From the NCBI GenBank assembly GCA_964016885.1, contig OZ024744.1, positions 5,828,001-5,892,000 on the forward strand: a stretch of 64,000 nt of DNA, in the 5' to 3' direction. Below are positions 30,001-41,200 of the stretch, piece after piece (positions within the stretch are counted from its first letter, which is position 1; the number at the start of each line of letters is the position of its first letter). This DNA is from Eledone cirrhosa. Taxonomy: Eukaryota. A program made the translations under genes and the position numbers. The notes under the pieces are model-generated. The model was not told the DNA's origin. It saw only the letters and a list, made by a program, of their open reading frames with translations, and ran no database searches.

Positions 30001-33000
30001 TGGTAGTAGTAATGTTGGTGGTAGTAGTAATGTTGGTGGTAGTAGTAATGTTGGTAGTAGTAGTAATGTTGGTAGTAGTAGTAATTGTGGTGGTAGTAGT
30101 AATGTTGGTGGTAGTAGTAATGTTGGTAGTAGTAGTAATGTTGGTGGTAGTAGTAATGTTGGTGGTAATAGTAATGTTGGTGGTAGTAGTAATGTTGGTG
30201 GTAGTAGTAATGTTGAAGGTAGTAGTAATGCTGGTGGTAATAGTAATGTTGGTGGTAGTAGTAATGTTGGTGGTAGTAGTAATGTTGGTGGTAGTAGTAA
30301 TGTTGGTGGTAGTAGTAATGTTGTTAGTAGTAATGTTGGGGGCAGTAGTAATGTTGGTAGTAGTAGTAATGTTGGTGGTAGTAGTAATGTTGGTAGTAGT
30401 AGTAATGTTGGTGGTAGTAGTAATGTTGGTGGTAATAGTAATGTTGGTAGTAGTAGTAATGTTGGTAGTAGTAGTAATGTTGGTGGTAGTAGTAATGTTG
30501 GTAGTAATAGTAATGTTGGTAGTAGTAGTAATGTTGGTGGTAGTAGTAATGTTGGTGGTAGTAGTAATGTTGGTGGTAGTAGTAATGTTGGTAGTAGTAG
30601 TAATGTTGGTAGTAGTAGTAATGTTTGTGGTAGTAGTAATGTTTGTGGTAATAGTAATGTTGGTAGTAGTAGTAATGTTGGTGGTAGTAGTAATGTTGGT
30701 GGTAGTAGTAATGTTGGTAGTAGTAATGTTGGTGGTATTAGTAATGTTGGTGGTAGTAGTAATGTTGATGGTAGTTAGTAATGTTGGTAGTAGTAGTAAT
30801 GTTGGTAGTAGTAGTAATGTTGGTGGTAGTAGTAATGTTGGTGGTAGTAGTAATGTAGGTGGTAGTAGTAATGTTGGTGGTAGTAGTAATGTTGGTGGTA
30901 GTAGTAATGTTGGTAGTAGTAGTAATGTTGGTGGTAGTAGTAATGTTGGTGGTAGTAGTAATGTTGGTGGTAGTAGTAATGTTGGTGGTAGTAGTAATGT
31001 TGGTAGTAGTAGTAATGTTGGTGGTAGTAGTAATGTTGGTGGTAGTAGTAATGTTGGTGGTAGTAGTAATGTTGGTGGTAGTAGTAATGTTGGTGGTAGT
31101 AGTAATGTTGGTGGTAATAGTAATGTTGGTGGTAGTAGTAATGTTGGTGGTAGTAGTAATGTTGGTGGTAGTAGTAATGTTGGTAGTAGTAGTAATGTTG
31201 GTGGTAGTAGTAATGTTGGTGGTAGTAGTAATGTTGGTGGTAGTAGTAATGTTGGTGGTAGTAGTAATGTTGGTGGTAGTAGTAATGTTGGTAGTAGTAG
31301 TAATGTTGGTGGTAATAGTAATGTTGGTGGTAGTAGTAATGTTGGTGGTAGTAGTAATGTTGGTGGTAGTAGTAATGTTGGTAGTAGTAGTAATGTTGGT
31401 GATAATAGTAATCTTGGTGGTAGTAGTAATGTTGGTGGTAATAGTAATGTTGGTAGTAGTATTAATGTTGGTGGTAGTAGTAATGTTGGTGGTAGTAGTA
31501 ATGTTGGTAGTAGTATTAATGTTGGTGGTAGTAGTAATGTTGGTGGTAGTAGTAATGTTGGTGGTAGTAGTAATGTTGGTGGTAGTAGTAATGTTGGTGG
31601 TAGTAGTAATGTTGGTGGTAGTAGTAATGTTGGTGGTAGTAGTAATGTTGGTGGTAGTAGTAATCTTGGTGGTAGTAGTAATGTTGGTGGTAGTAGTAAT
31701 GTTGGTAGTAGTAGTAATGTTGGTGGTAGTAGTAATGTTGGTGGTAGTAGTAATGTTGGTGATAATAGTAATCTTGGTGGTAGTAGTAATCTTGGTGGTA
31801 GTAGTAATGTTGGTGGTAGTAGTAATGTTGGTGGTAGTAGTAATGTTGGTGGTAGTAGTAATGTTGGTAGTAGTAGTAATGTTGGTAGTAGTAGTAATGT
31901 TTGTGGTAGTAGTAATGTTGGTGGTAGTAATGTTGGTGGTAGTAGTAATGTTGGTGGTAGTAGTAATGTTGGTGGTAGTAGTAATGTTGGTGGTAGTAGT
32001 AATGTTGGTGGTAGTAGTAATGTTGGTGGTAGTAGTAATGTTGGTGGTATTAGTAATGTTGGTAGTAGTAGTAATGTTGGTGGTAGTAGTAATGTTGGTA
32101 GTAGTAGTAATGTTGGTGGTAGTAGTAATGTTGGTGGTAGTAGTAATGTTGGTGGTAGTAGTAATGTTGGTGGTAATAGTAATGTTGGTGGTAGTAATGT
32201 TGGTGGTAGTAGTAATGTTGGTGGTAGTAGTAATGTTGGTGGTAGTAATGTTGGTGGTAGGAGTAATGTTGGTGGTAGTAGTAATGTTGGTGGTAGTAGT
32301 AATGTTGGTGGTAGTTGTAATGTTGATGGTAATAGTAATGTTGGTGGTAGTAGTAATGTTGGTGGTAGTAGTAATGTTGGTAGTAGTAGTAATGTTGGTG
32401 GTAGTAGTAATGTTGGTGGTAATAGTAATGTTGGTGGTAGTAGTAATGTTGGTGGTAGTAGTAATGTTGATGGTAGTAGTAATGCTGGTGGTAATAGTAA
32501 TGTTGGTGGTAGTAGTAATGTTGGTGGTAGTAGTAATGTTGGTGGTAGTAGTAATGTTGGTGGTAGTAGTAATGTTGGTAGTAGTAATGTTGGGGGCAGT
32601 AGTAATGTTGGTAGTAGTAGTAATGTTGGTGGTAATAGTAATGTTGGTAGTAGTAGTAATGTTGGTAGTAGTAGTAATGTTTGTGGTAGTAGTAATGTTG
32701 GTAGTAATAGTAATGTTGGTAGTAGTAGTAATGTTGGTGGTAGTAGTAATGTTGGTGGTAGTAGTAATGTTGGTGGTAGTAGTAATGTTGGTAGTAGTAG
32801 TAATGTTGGTAGTAGTAGTAATGTTTGTGGTAGTAGTAATGTTTGTGGTAATAGTAATGTTGGTAGTAGTAGTAATGTTGGTGGTAGTAGTAATGTTGGT
32901 GGTAGTAGTAATGTTGGTGGTAGTAGTAATGTTGGTGGTAATAATGTTGGTGGTAGTAGTAATGTTGGTGGTAGTAGTAATGTTGGTAGTAGTAATGTTG

Positions 33001-35203
33001 GTGGTATTAGTAATGTTGGTGGTAGTAGTAATGTTGGTGGTAGTTAGTAATGTTGGTAGTAGTAGTAATGTTGGTAGTAGTAGTAATGTTGGTGGTAGTA
33101 GTAATGTTGGTGGTAGTAGTAATGTTGGTGGTAGTAGTAATGTTGGTGGTAGTAGTAATGTTGGTGGTAATAGTAATCTTGGTGGTAGTAGTAATGTTGG
33201 TGGTAGTAGTAATGTTGGTAGTAGTAATGTTGGTAGTAGTAATGTTGGTGGTAGTAGTAATGTTGGTAGTAGTAGTAATGTTGGTGGTAGTAGTAATGTT
33301 GGTGGTAGTAGTAATGTTGGTGGTAATAGTAATCTTGGTGGTAGTAGTAATGTTGGTGGTAGTAGTAATGTTGGTAGTAGTAATGTTGGTAGTAGTAATG
33401 TTGGTGGTAGTAGTAATGTTGGTAGTAGTAGTAATGTTTGTGGTAGTAGTAATGTTGGTAGTAATAGTAATGTTGGTAGTAGTAGTAATGTTGGTAGTAG
33501 TAGTAATGTTGGTGGTAGTAGTAATGTTGGTGGTAGTTGTAATGTTGGTGGTAGTAGTAATGTTGGTGGTAGTAGTAATGTTGGTGGTAATAGTAATGTT
33601 GGTGGTAGTAGTAATGTTGGTGGTAGTAGTAATGTTGGTGGTAGTAGTAATGTTGGTGGTAGTAGTAATGTTGGTGGTAGTAGTAATGTTGGTGGTAGTA
33701 GTAATGTTGGTAGTAGTAATGTTGGTGGTAGTAGTAATGTTGGTGGTAGTAGTAATGTTGGTGGTAGTAGTAATGTTGGTGATAATAGTAATCTTGGTGG
33801 TAGTAGTAATGTTGGTGGTAATAGTAATCTTGGTGGTAGTAGTAATGTTGGTGGTAGTAGTAATGTTGGTGGTAGTAGTAATGTTGGTGATAATAGTAAT
33901 CTTGGTGGTAGTAGTAATGTTGGTGATAATAGTAATCTTGGTGGTAGTAGTAATGTTGGTGATAATAGTAATCTTGGTGGTAGTAGTAATGTTGGTGGTA
34001 GTAGTAATGTTGGTGGTAGTAGTAATGTTGGTGGTAGTAGTAATGTTGGTAGTAGTAGTAATGTTGGTGGTAGTAGTAATGTTGGTGGTAGTAGTAATGT
34101 TGGTGGTAGTAGTAATGTTGGTGGTAGTAGTAATGTTGGTGGTAGTAGTAATGTTGGTAGTAGTAGTAATGTTGGTGGTAATAGTAATGTTGGTGGTAGT
34201 AGTAATGTTGGTGGTAGTAGTAATGTTGGTGGTAGTAGTAATGTTGGTAGTAGTAGTAATGTTGGTGATAATAGTAATCTTGGTGGTAGTAGTAATGTTG
34301 GTGGTAATAGTAATGTTGGTAGTAGTATTAATGTTGGTGGTAGTAGTAATGTTGGTGGTAGTAGTAATGTTGGTGGTAGTAGTAATGTTGGTGGTAGTAG
34401 TAATGTTGGTAGTAGTAGTAATGTTGGTGGTAGTAGTAATGTTGGTAGTAGTATTAATGTTGGTGGTAGTAGTAATGTTGGTGGTAGTAGTAATGTTGGT
34501 GGTAATAGTAATCTTGGTGGTAGTAGTAATGTTGGTGGTAGTAGTAATGTTGGTAGTAGTAGTAATGTTGGTGGTAGTAGTAATGTTGGTGGTAGTAGTA
34601 ATGTTGGTGATAATAGTAATCTTGGTGGTAGTAGTAATCTTGGTGGTAGTAGTAATGTTGGTGGTAGTAGTAATGTTGGTGGTAGTAGTAATGTTGGTGA
34701 TAATAGTAATCTTGGTGGTAGTAGTAATGTTGGTGATAATAGTAATCTTGGTTGTAGTAGTAATGTTGGTGGTAGTAGTAATGTTGGTGGTAGTAGTAAT
34801 GTTGGTGGTAGTAGTAATGTTGGTGATAATAGTAATCTTGGTGGTAGTAGTAATGTTGGTGGTAGTAGTAATGTTGGTGGTAATAGTAATCTTGGTGGTA
34901 GTAGTAATGTTGGTAGTAGTAGTAATGTTGGTAGTAGTAGTAATGTTGGTGGTAATAGTAATGTTGGTGGTAGTAGTAATGTTGGTGATAATAGTAATCT
35001 TGGTGTTAGTAGTAATCTTGGTGGTAGTAGTAATGTTGGTGGTAGTAGTAATGTTGGTGGTAGTAGTAATGTTGGTGATAATAGTAATCTTGGTGGTAGT
35101 AGTAATGTTGGTGATAATAGTAATCTTGGTGGTAGTAGTAATGTTGGTGGTAATAGTAATCTTGGTGGTAGTAGTAATGTTGGTGGTAATAGTAATCTTG
35201 GTG
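1..35203. repeat. 18-bp satellite/minisatellite array, consensus AATGTTGGTGGTAGTAGT; left end lies outside the window
   Basis: Continuous tandem repeat with 15-bp (one triplet deleted) and 19-bp (AGTTAGT) variants. It ends abruptly at ...AATCTTGGTG|CTTTCG near 35203. The + strand is almost devoid of C. Confidence 0.98.
25036..25235. other. Assembly gap (200 N)
   Basis: Run of exactly 200 N inside the satellite; the round number suggests a placeholder of unknown true size. Confidence 0.99.
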
Positions 35204-35325
35204 CTTTCGTTAAATCAACCACATCAAGGCTATTAAAAACAAACAAAAACTGCCAGACGCGCGAATGGAAAGTTTTCACTCATATGTTCCATTAGTAGGT
35301 ATGCTTATTCACCGTAATAGCAACT

Positions 35326-35552
35326 CTCTGTCTCGCACCCTACCTCTCTCTCTTTCTCTCTCTTTCTCTCCTTCCCCCTTTCTCTCTCCCTCTCTCTTTC
35401 TCTCTCCCGCCCTTATCTCTCTCTTTCTCTGTATTTCCCCTCTCTCTATCCCCCCTCTCTCCGACCCCATCTGACTCTCTCTCTCACTCTCTCTCTTTAT
35501 CTGTCTCTCTCACTCTCTGTTTCTCCCCTTTCTCTATCTCTCTCTCTCTCTC
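35326..35552. repeat. Degenerate (CT)n polypyrimidine tract
   Basis: CT/CCCT-rich low-complexity sequence. Confidence 0.85.
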
Positions 35553-36400
35553 TAGACACTGTAGTTAGCTGCTTCATTGCGAACATCATTCTCGTTTGTA
35601 GGCATTTGAATTTTAAATGTTGAGTATCCGTCACATCTATCACATCTTTTAAATGTCGAGTACTTGTCAGAGATGCTCTATATGGTATTTCAGATAATCT
35701 TGTCGCTAATCTATCGAAAGCAATTAACAGTCAGTGCTTATGTTATCCTCTTCTCCTCGACACAGATAGTCACTTTCAGCTATGAATAAATGGTAGAAAA
35801 TAAATCAGTATCGAAAATACAGACATGAGAAGACTGAGTGAATTCTATACCGTATTGTCAGATTGATGGATCACAAGTTTGAAAGTCCACAAAATTATGT
35901 AAAAGAAATATATATATGTTATATATTTCCGTAGAAAAGGTAAGGGAAATAAGAGTGCTCTATGTATAGTACAGAGCTATTTAATTACATAATCAACAAC
36001 ACAATATAATTATTCCATTACCCAAGTTTTCCTGAAACTAGACGATTCTAACAGAGACGTCCAGTACGTTCATCAGATGAAATATTTATGTTTTTGATAT
36101 AAGATTTGAAATTAAAATCTATTAAAAATGAAAGTGACACTAAGTTAAATATCAAATTATAACAGAAAAACTCTATCTATCTATCTATGGGATGGACACA
36201 CGCGTATAACTTGCTGAGTAAGTTCTGTTTAAATTTCGATAGAAATTCTTGTCTGATAACTTTAATTTTTGTACCATTTTGTAGAGGGACTGCCAGGTCA
36301 AACTTTGATCTGGTCAGTCTCTCAAAATATTCTACGCCTTTAGGCGAAATAGTTAAACAAAAAAAAGTTTTTTCTTGTTGAAAAGTCAATATTTTTTTAA

Positions 36401-38197
36401 ATGGCCGAAGCTTCTTCACCAAAATTCGAAGGAGGAAAGGGGAAGATGAACTTACAGCTTCCCCCTGCCACTGTCACAGTAGCAGAGGTCAAGAAGAAAG
36501 GTCAGCCAGAGGAAGAATTCTCTCCACCTGTTAACCGACAACTTGACGTTGCCATGGCAACAACCCAAAGAACCAGCAGCAACAGCAACAACAACAACAA
36601 CAATGCGACGGACGAAAACAACACCAATAACAATAACAATAACAACAACAACAAGACCAATAACGGTGACAACAACAACAATGATAACAACAACACCACC
36701 AACGACAACAACAACACAAACAAACAAAATTTCTCCTTCGCCGAGACGACAAGGAAAACCCTCGACTATCTGCCAGTAGATATAACAAAAGCGAAGGAGC
36801 TACTGGCGGATGCGAAAAAATATATAGTGTACGGGGAAAATGGTTCATTCACAATCCATTCCCCCCCGGAACTAAAAAGCCAGAGACTCCTAAACACGGT
36901 CATGTTTAGGACAATCTTGAACAAAAGTAAAAAAACAGCTCAACCATCACAGAGCGAGATAGAGCTGGTTTTAAAAGACGTCATGAAGGACATCACCTTC
37001 ATTCAGAAGGATAGACTCTACGGGAGTCTATCCATTCTCATGAAGGACAGGGACACAGCAGTGAAACTGTCCATCAAACCAATCACATCCACCGCATACA
37101 CCTTCTACCCTACGTACATGGGTAGAAGAACACAAAAAATAAAAATCCACACCATCCTGCCGATTATGGACATATGGTGGGTTTTGACAGGTTTTCTGGA
37201 CCTGGAGGATGACATGCTGGTGTCCATGGGAAAGGCATCGGGTGACGCGTTCAGTGGAACGAGCCTCGAACTTGTAGTTCAAATGAGGCCCGAAAGGATC
37301 GCCCAGATCCCTGAACGCGTCATACTGGATGATCTAACCTTCATCAACATTACCGTTGAGGGTAGACGGCCCTCGTGTTACCTCTGCGGAACCAGAGGTC
37401 ACCTGAGGGCTGTCTGTCCCCAACTTAATAAGAAAACCCCAATCCTGCCTACACCACCAACAACTGCACAACCAACACAATCACCACAACTACCACTACA
37501 AAAACAACCGCCACAGCTCAAACCAAAACAAAACAATGTCCAACCCATCCCCTCCACTCAAAAAACAAAAACAATTTCCAAAACACCCGTACCGCAAACA
37601 AAACCCGAAAATATACCCCTCCCCTCCAACGCGGAAGATGACCCTAGTTCGTCGTCAGACGAGGAGGAGCACTTCCACACAATCAAAAGAAAAAAAAGAA
37701 AACACACCTCAGACACACAAATGAAAAAAACCCCTCCCCAAAACATAACACTGACACCAACACAAAAGAGCTCACAACAACAGCAAACAAAAAACACCAC
37801 ACAAAAACAAAAACATGCATACACATACATAAATACAAGAAACAAAAAACTGTTAAACATTGTGTACAACAACAATCTAATAAAAACACAAGGGCCTAAC
37901 TTCACCCAGGCAGGGGATTTCCCCCACCTCAAAATGATTAAGGCCCCACAGGACACCTATAAAACTTTAAAAAACAATTTTAAAGAAGACGTAGGTCCCC
38001 CCTGCGTCGGGCCCATTAACCGCGTTCTCCTAAAAAACTATCCCACCTCCTCCCCAAACACCCACACAACTCCAAGCTCCCCAACCACACAACACACTGA
38101 TGCCCCCACACTTCCACAAACCACCACCCCACCCAACAACCCATCCCCCACCCTAATGGAAATTGTGCAGCCCGATACCCGGGACGCAGAGAGGTAA
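36401..38197 (+). CDS. LINE ORF1 (gag-like nucleic-acid-binding protein), intact, 598 aa
   Basis: Zinc knuckle CYLCGTRGHLRAVC (CX2CX4HX4C), N-terminal poly-Asn tract, Pro/Thr/Gln-rich linker and basic KRKKRK motif. Homologous to ORF1 of copy B. Confidence 0.88.
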   Translation: MAEASSPKFEGGKGKMNLQLPPATVTVAEVKKKGQPEEEFSPPVNRQLDVAMATTQRTSSNSNNNNNNATDENNTNNNNNNNNNKTNNGDNNNNDNNNTTNDNNNTNKQNFSFAETTRKTLDYLPVDITKAKELLADAKKYIVYGENGSFTIHSPPELKSQRLLNTVMFRTILNKSKKTAQPSQSEIELVLKDVMKDITFIQKDRLYGSLSILMKDRDTAVKLSIKPITSTAYTFYPTYMGRRTQKIKIHTILPIMDIWWVLTGFLDLEDDMLVSMGKASGDAFSGTSLELVVQMRPERIAQIPERVILDDLTFINITVEGRRPSCYLCGTRGHLRAVCPQLNKKTPILPTPPTTAQPTQSPQLPLQKQPPQLKPKQNNVQPIPSTQKTKTISKTPVPQTKPENIPLPSNAEDDPSSSSDEEEHFHTIKRKKRKHTSDTQMKKTPPQNITLTPTQKSSQQQQTKNTTQKQKHAYTYINTRNKKLLNIVYNNNLIKTQGPNFTQAGDFPHLKMIKAPQDTYKTLKNNFKEDVGPPCVGPINRVLLKNYPTSSPNTHTTPSSPTTQHTDAPTLPQTTTPPNNPSPTLMEIVQPDTRDAER

Positions 38198-38221
38198 GTG
38201 CCTTTTCTCTTCACCACCAAC

Positions 38222-41200
38222 ATGGCTATGCTAAGAGTAGGCTGTTTAAATGCGCGTGGCCTGGGCTCAACTTGGAAGCAAGCAATGCTTCTAAATGACC
38301 TCAGGTCACAACGTATAGATGTGATGGTTATTTGCGAGGCCCGGATCAGCAACGTGCGACAGCTGGCCCCCACCTTTGATGACTTTGAGATGCACGCATC
38401 TCTCTGTCAGCCCGGAGGTGGGGGTGGAGTTGTCGTTCTGCTGCAAAAACATCTGGGTCTCGCAACACAGATGGTACATTTGGACCCGGAGGGTCGACTA
38501 GTGGTTCTGGACCTTGGCAGTGGTAAAGGCGGAGCGTTTAGGTTGGTAGCCGCCTACGGCCCTTTCGGGTCAATGCGGCCGAACTTCTTCCATCGTCTGG
38601 AGACTTTTCTAGGGACGTCCCGCTCCTTGCTATTAGTGAGGGACTGGAATGGTATCCTAGATGCACGCTGGGACTACGTAGGGGCCTGCCCCGATAGAGA
38701 GGGGTGTAATAGCCTCAAAGGGTTAATCGGTCGATTTGACCTGGCCGATAGATATCGACTAGATTTTCCGACTGCGCCAAACTGGACTTGGGCAAATCGT
38801 AGCGGATCATCTAGGTCGTACCTAGATAGGTTCTTAGTTAGAATTAAGGATAAGGACTTTTTAAGTTGTCCAAAAATGCGCATGGTTGGCTATTCAGACC
38901 ACAAATTAGTGACCTGCGTGGTCAACCTTGACAGAACTCATAGACAGGGACCCGGTTACTGGAAGCTCAACTTGTCCTTACCGGCAAGTAAGGCTTACAG
39001 GAACCGGATTAGCACTTTAGTTAAGGAGCGGTTGACGGGCGCCATCGTCAACAGCAGGTGGTGGGGATCTCTCAAAAGAGAGATTAGAGTAGTCTCTATA
39101 GAATTTAGTAAGGAGTTAGCCTCAAATAGAAATAGGAAGGAAAGGGAGTTGGTAGATAGTGTAGAAGAGGCAATTAGAAGCGGCGACGTGGCCAGAGTGC
39201 TAGCGCCGAGAACGGCCCTGGGCCAGTTCTTCGACGCGAAACACGAAGGCTGCATCGTCCGAAGCAAAATACGTGCTCTGGGAAACGAGGGCACCAAAGC
39301 TGTTAGCTGATCCCGCGTGACAGAAGCCAAAAGAGGGAGCAGATCCACTATCCGGTCTTTGCAAGACCAGGATGGACGGGTGATCCTTGAACCTAAGCAG
39401 ATGTGCGAAGCTTTTCAAAAGCACTTTGCCGGAATGTTCGGAAGGGGCGGGGGGCCGGTTTGGGACGTGGACTTCGGTCCATACCTCGACGGCCTGCCGC
39501 ATCTCTCGGACAGGGAGGCGAAGTCCTGCGAGGAGCCGATTTCAGCCGCTGAGATAGAGGACGTGCTGAGCCAATGCGGCAAACGCAAATCCCCGGGTCT
39601 CGATGGTCTTCCATACGAACTATATCTAGCTATGCCGGACTTGTTCCCCGAACTCCTCGAGGCGGTCTACTGCAACTGGCAACAGAACGGGAGAATTCCC
39701 TGTGCTGTGACCAAGGGCGTAGTCACGCTAGTGAGGAAGGACGAGAACAAGGGGGATGATATAAATAATTTCAGGCCCATAATTCTGCTAAATACAGAGT
39801 TACAGATTTTGGCCAAGGTGCTAGCAAAGAGGTTGGCGCTTGTCGTGGGCAACCTGGTGGGAGATGCGCAGACATGTGCTATCCCGTCCAGGTCCATCCA
39901 CGATAACCTCCACCTCATGAGATACATCATAGAGAGGGTTGGGAACGAACCCGGCTTTGGTGGGGCCCTGATCAACTTGGATCAATCTAAGGCATTCGAT
40001 AGGGTCGACCATGGTTACCTGGATGCGGTGCTAGCGGCGGCAGGCTTTGGACCCGTTATCAGGGGCTGGATCAATGCCATGCACAGCAGCCGCATCTGCT
40101 CTAGGGTCAAGGTGAACGGCTACCTCTCGGAGCCGTTCGAAATCGCGCGGTCCATCCGACAGGGGTGCCCTCTCTCCTCCCTTCTGTATGTAATGACTCT
40201 AGAGCCACTGCTGCGGAAGTTGGAGTTGTTGCAGGGCATCCCGTTGGAACCGGGATTGCGGAAAGCGGTGTCAGCCTACGCCGATGACGTAACAGTAATG
40301 GTGTCGACGGCCTCGGAAATCAGGGCGATCGGCACCTTACTGGAGGAGTACGAAAGGTTTACAGGGGCTAAGCTGAACCGGGACAAGTCGATCGGTCTGC
40401 AACTCGGCACGTGGAGGGGCAGATCGATGCCCTCCGATGGCGTCGTCGGGCGCTGGACGGAGGGCCCGGTGAAGTTACTCGGGGTCTGGTTCGGACCAGA
40501 CCTCCAGGTGGAGAAGAACTGGGGTGAGGTGACGAACAGGGTGTTTGCACTGACCCAGAAGTGGGCCGAGTGCAAACTGTCCCTGAAAGGACGGGGGGAG
40601 GTGGCGAACACTTATATAGCGTCCGTCATCTACTACCGCCTGACCGTTGTGCCTTGCCCAAAGGAAACGCTCGCCAAAATTGAGCGCGCACTCTTCCAAT
40701 TCCTTTGGAAGAAGCGGGCTCCTATGGTGAGGAGATCCATCTGCTGTCAACACCCTTCGAAAGGAGGGCTGGGGATGCCGTGGCTAATGATACGTAAACA
40801 CGCATTAAGGCTACGGCACCTCCAGGTATTCCTCTCCGGTCAACCGGTGTGGGCCCCGTTTGTGAGGCGAACCTTTCCCAGACTCGTCTCACTCACCGAG
40901 CTGCAATCCTGGGTCAAGCAAAGACCGAGAAAACTGGGCCCCTGGCACATCGAGTGTGCCCAGGCGCTCACGGCTCTCTGGCAGGCGGACCCGGCTCTCA
41001 GTGGAGAATCCACCTCGTCATTCTATAGAGGGCTGGTGGTTAGCAGGTGCGACGACGCCCTCGGAGAAGCCCTAGCCATGGAGGAAGACAAACTGGCCAA
41101 CCTGTTCGGTAGGACATTCAGCCCGGGACCCATGGATAACTTCCAGAGGTCCCTGGCCTGGCAGTGCTACAGAAGGGCTCTGCCCGTTCGAGAAAGGCTA

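Noticed and set aside
1-35203. Telomeric repeat or CRISPR array
   Set aside because: There is no TTAGGG-type unit, the G-rich strand points toward the unique sequence rather than a chromosome end, there are no unique spacers, and the context is eukaryotic.
11-35295. Very long plus-strand ORFs (MLVVVV)n and (NVGGSS)n
   Set aside because: They follow automatically from a stop-free 18-bp unit. Frames switch at indels, variants in the NVGGSS frame are mostly non-synonymous, and poly-Val is implausible.
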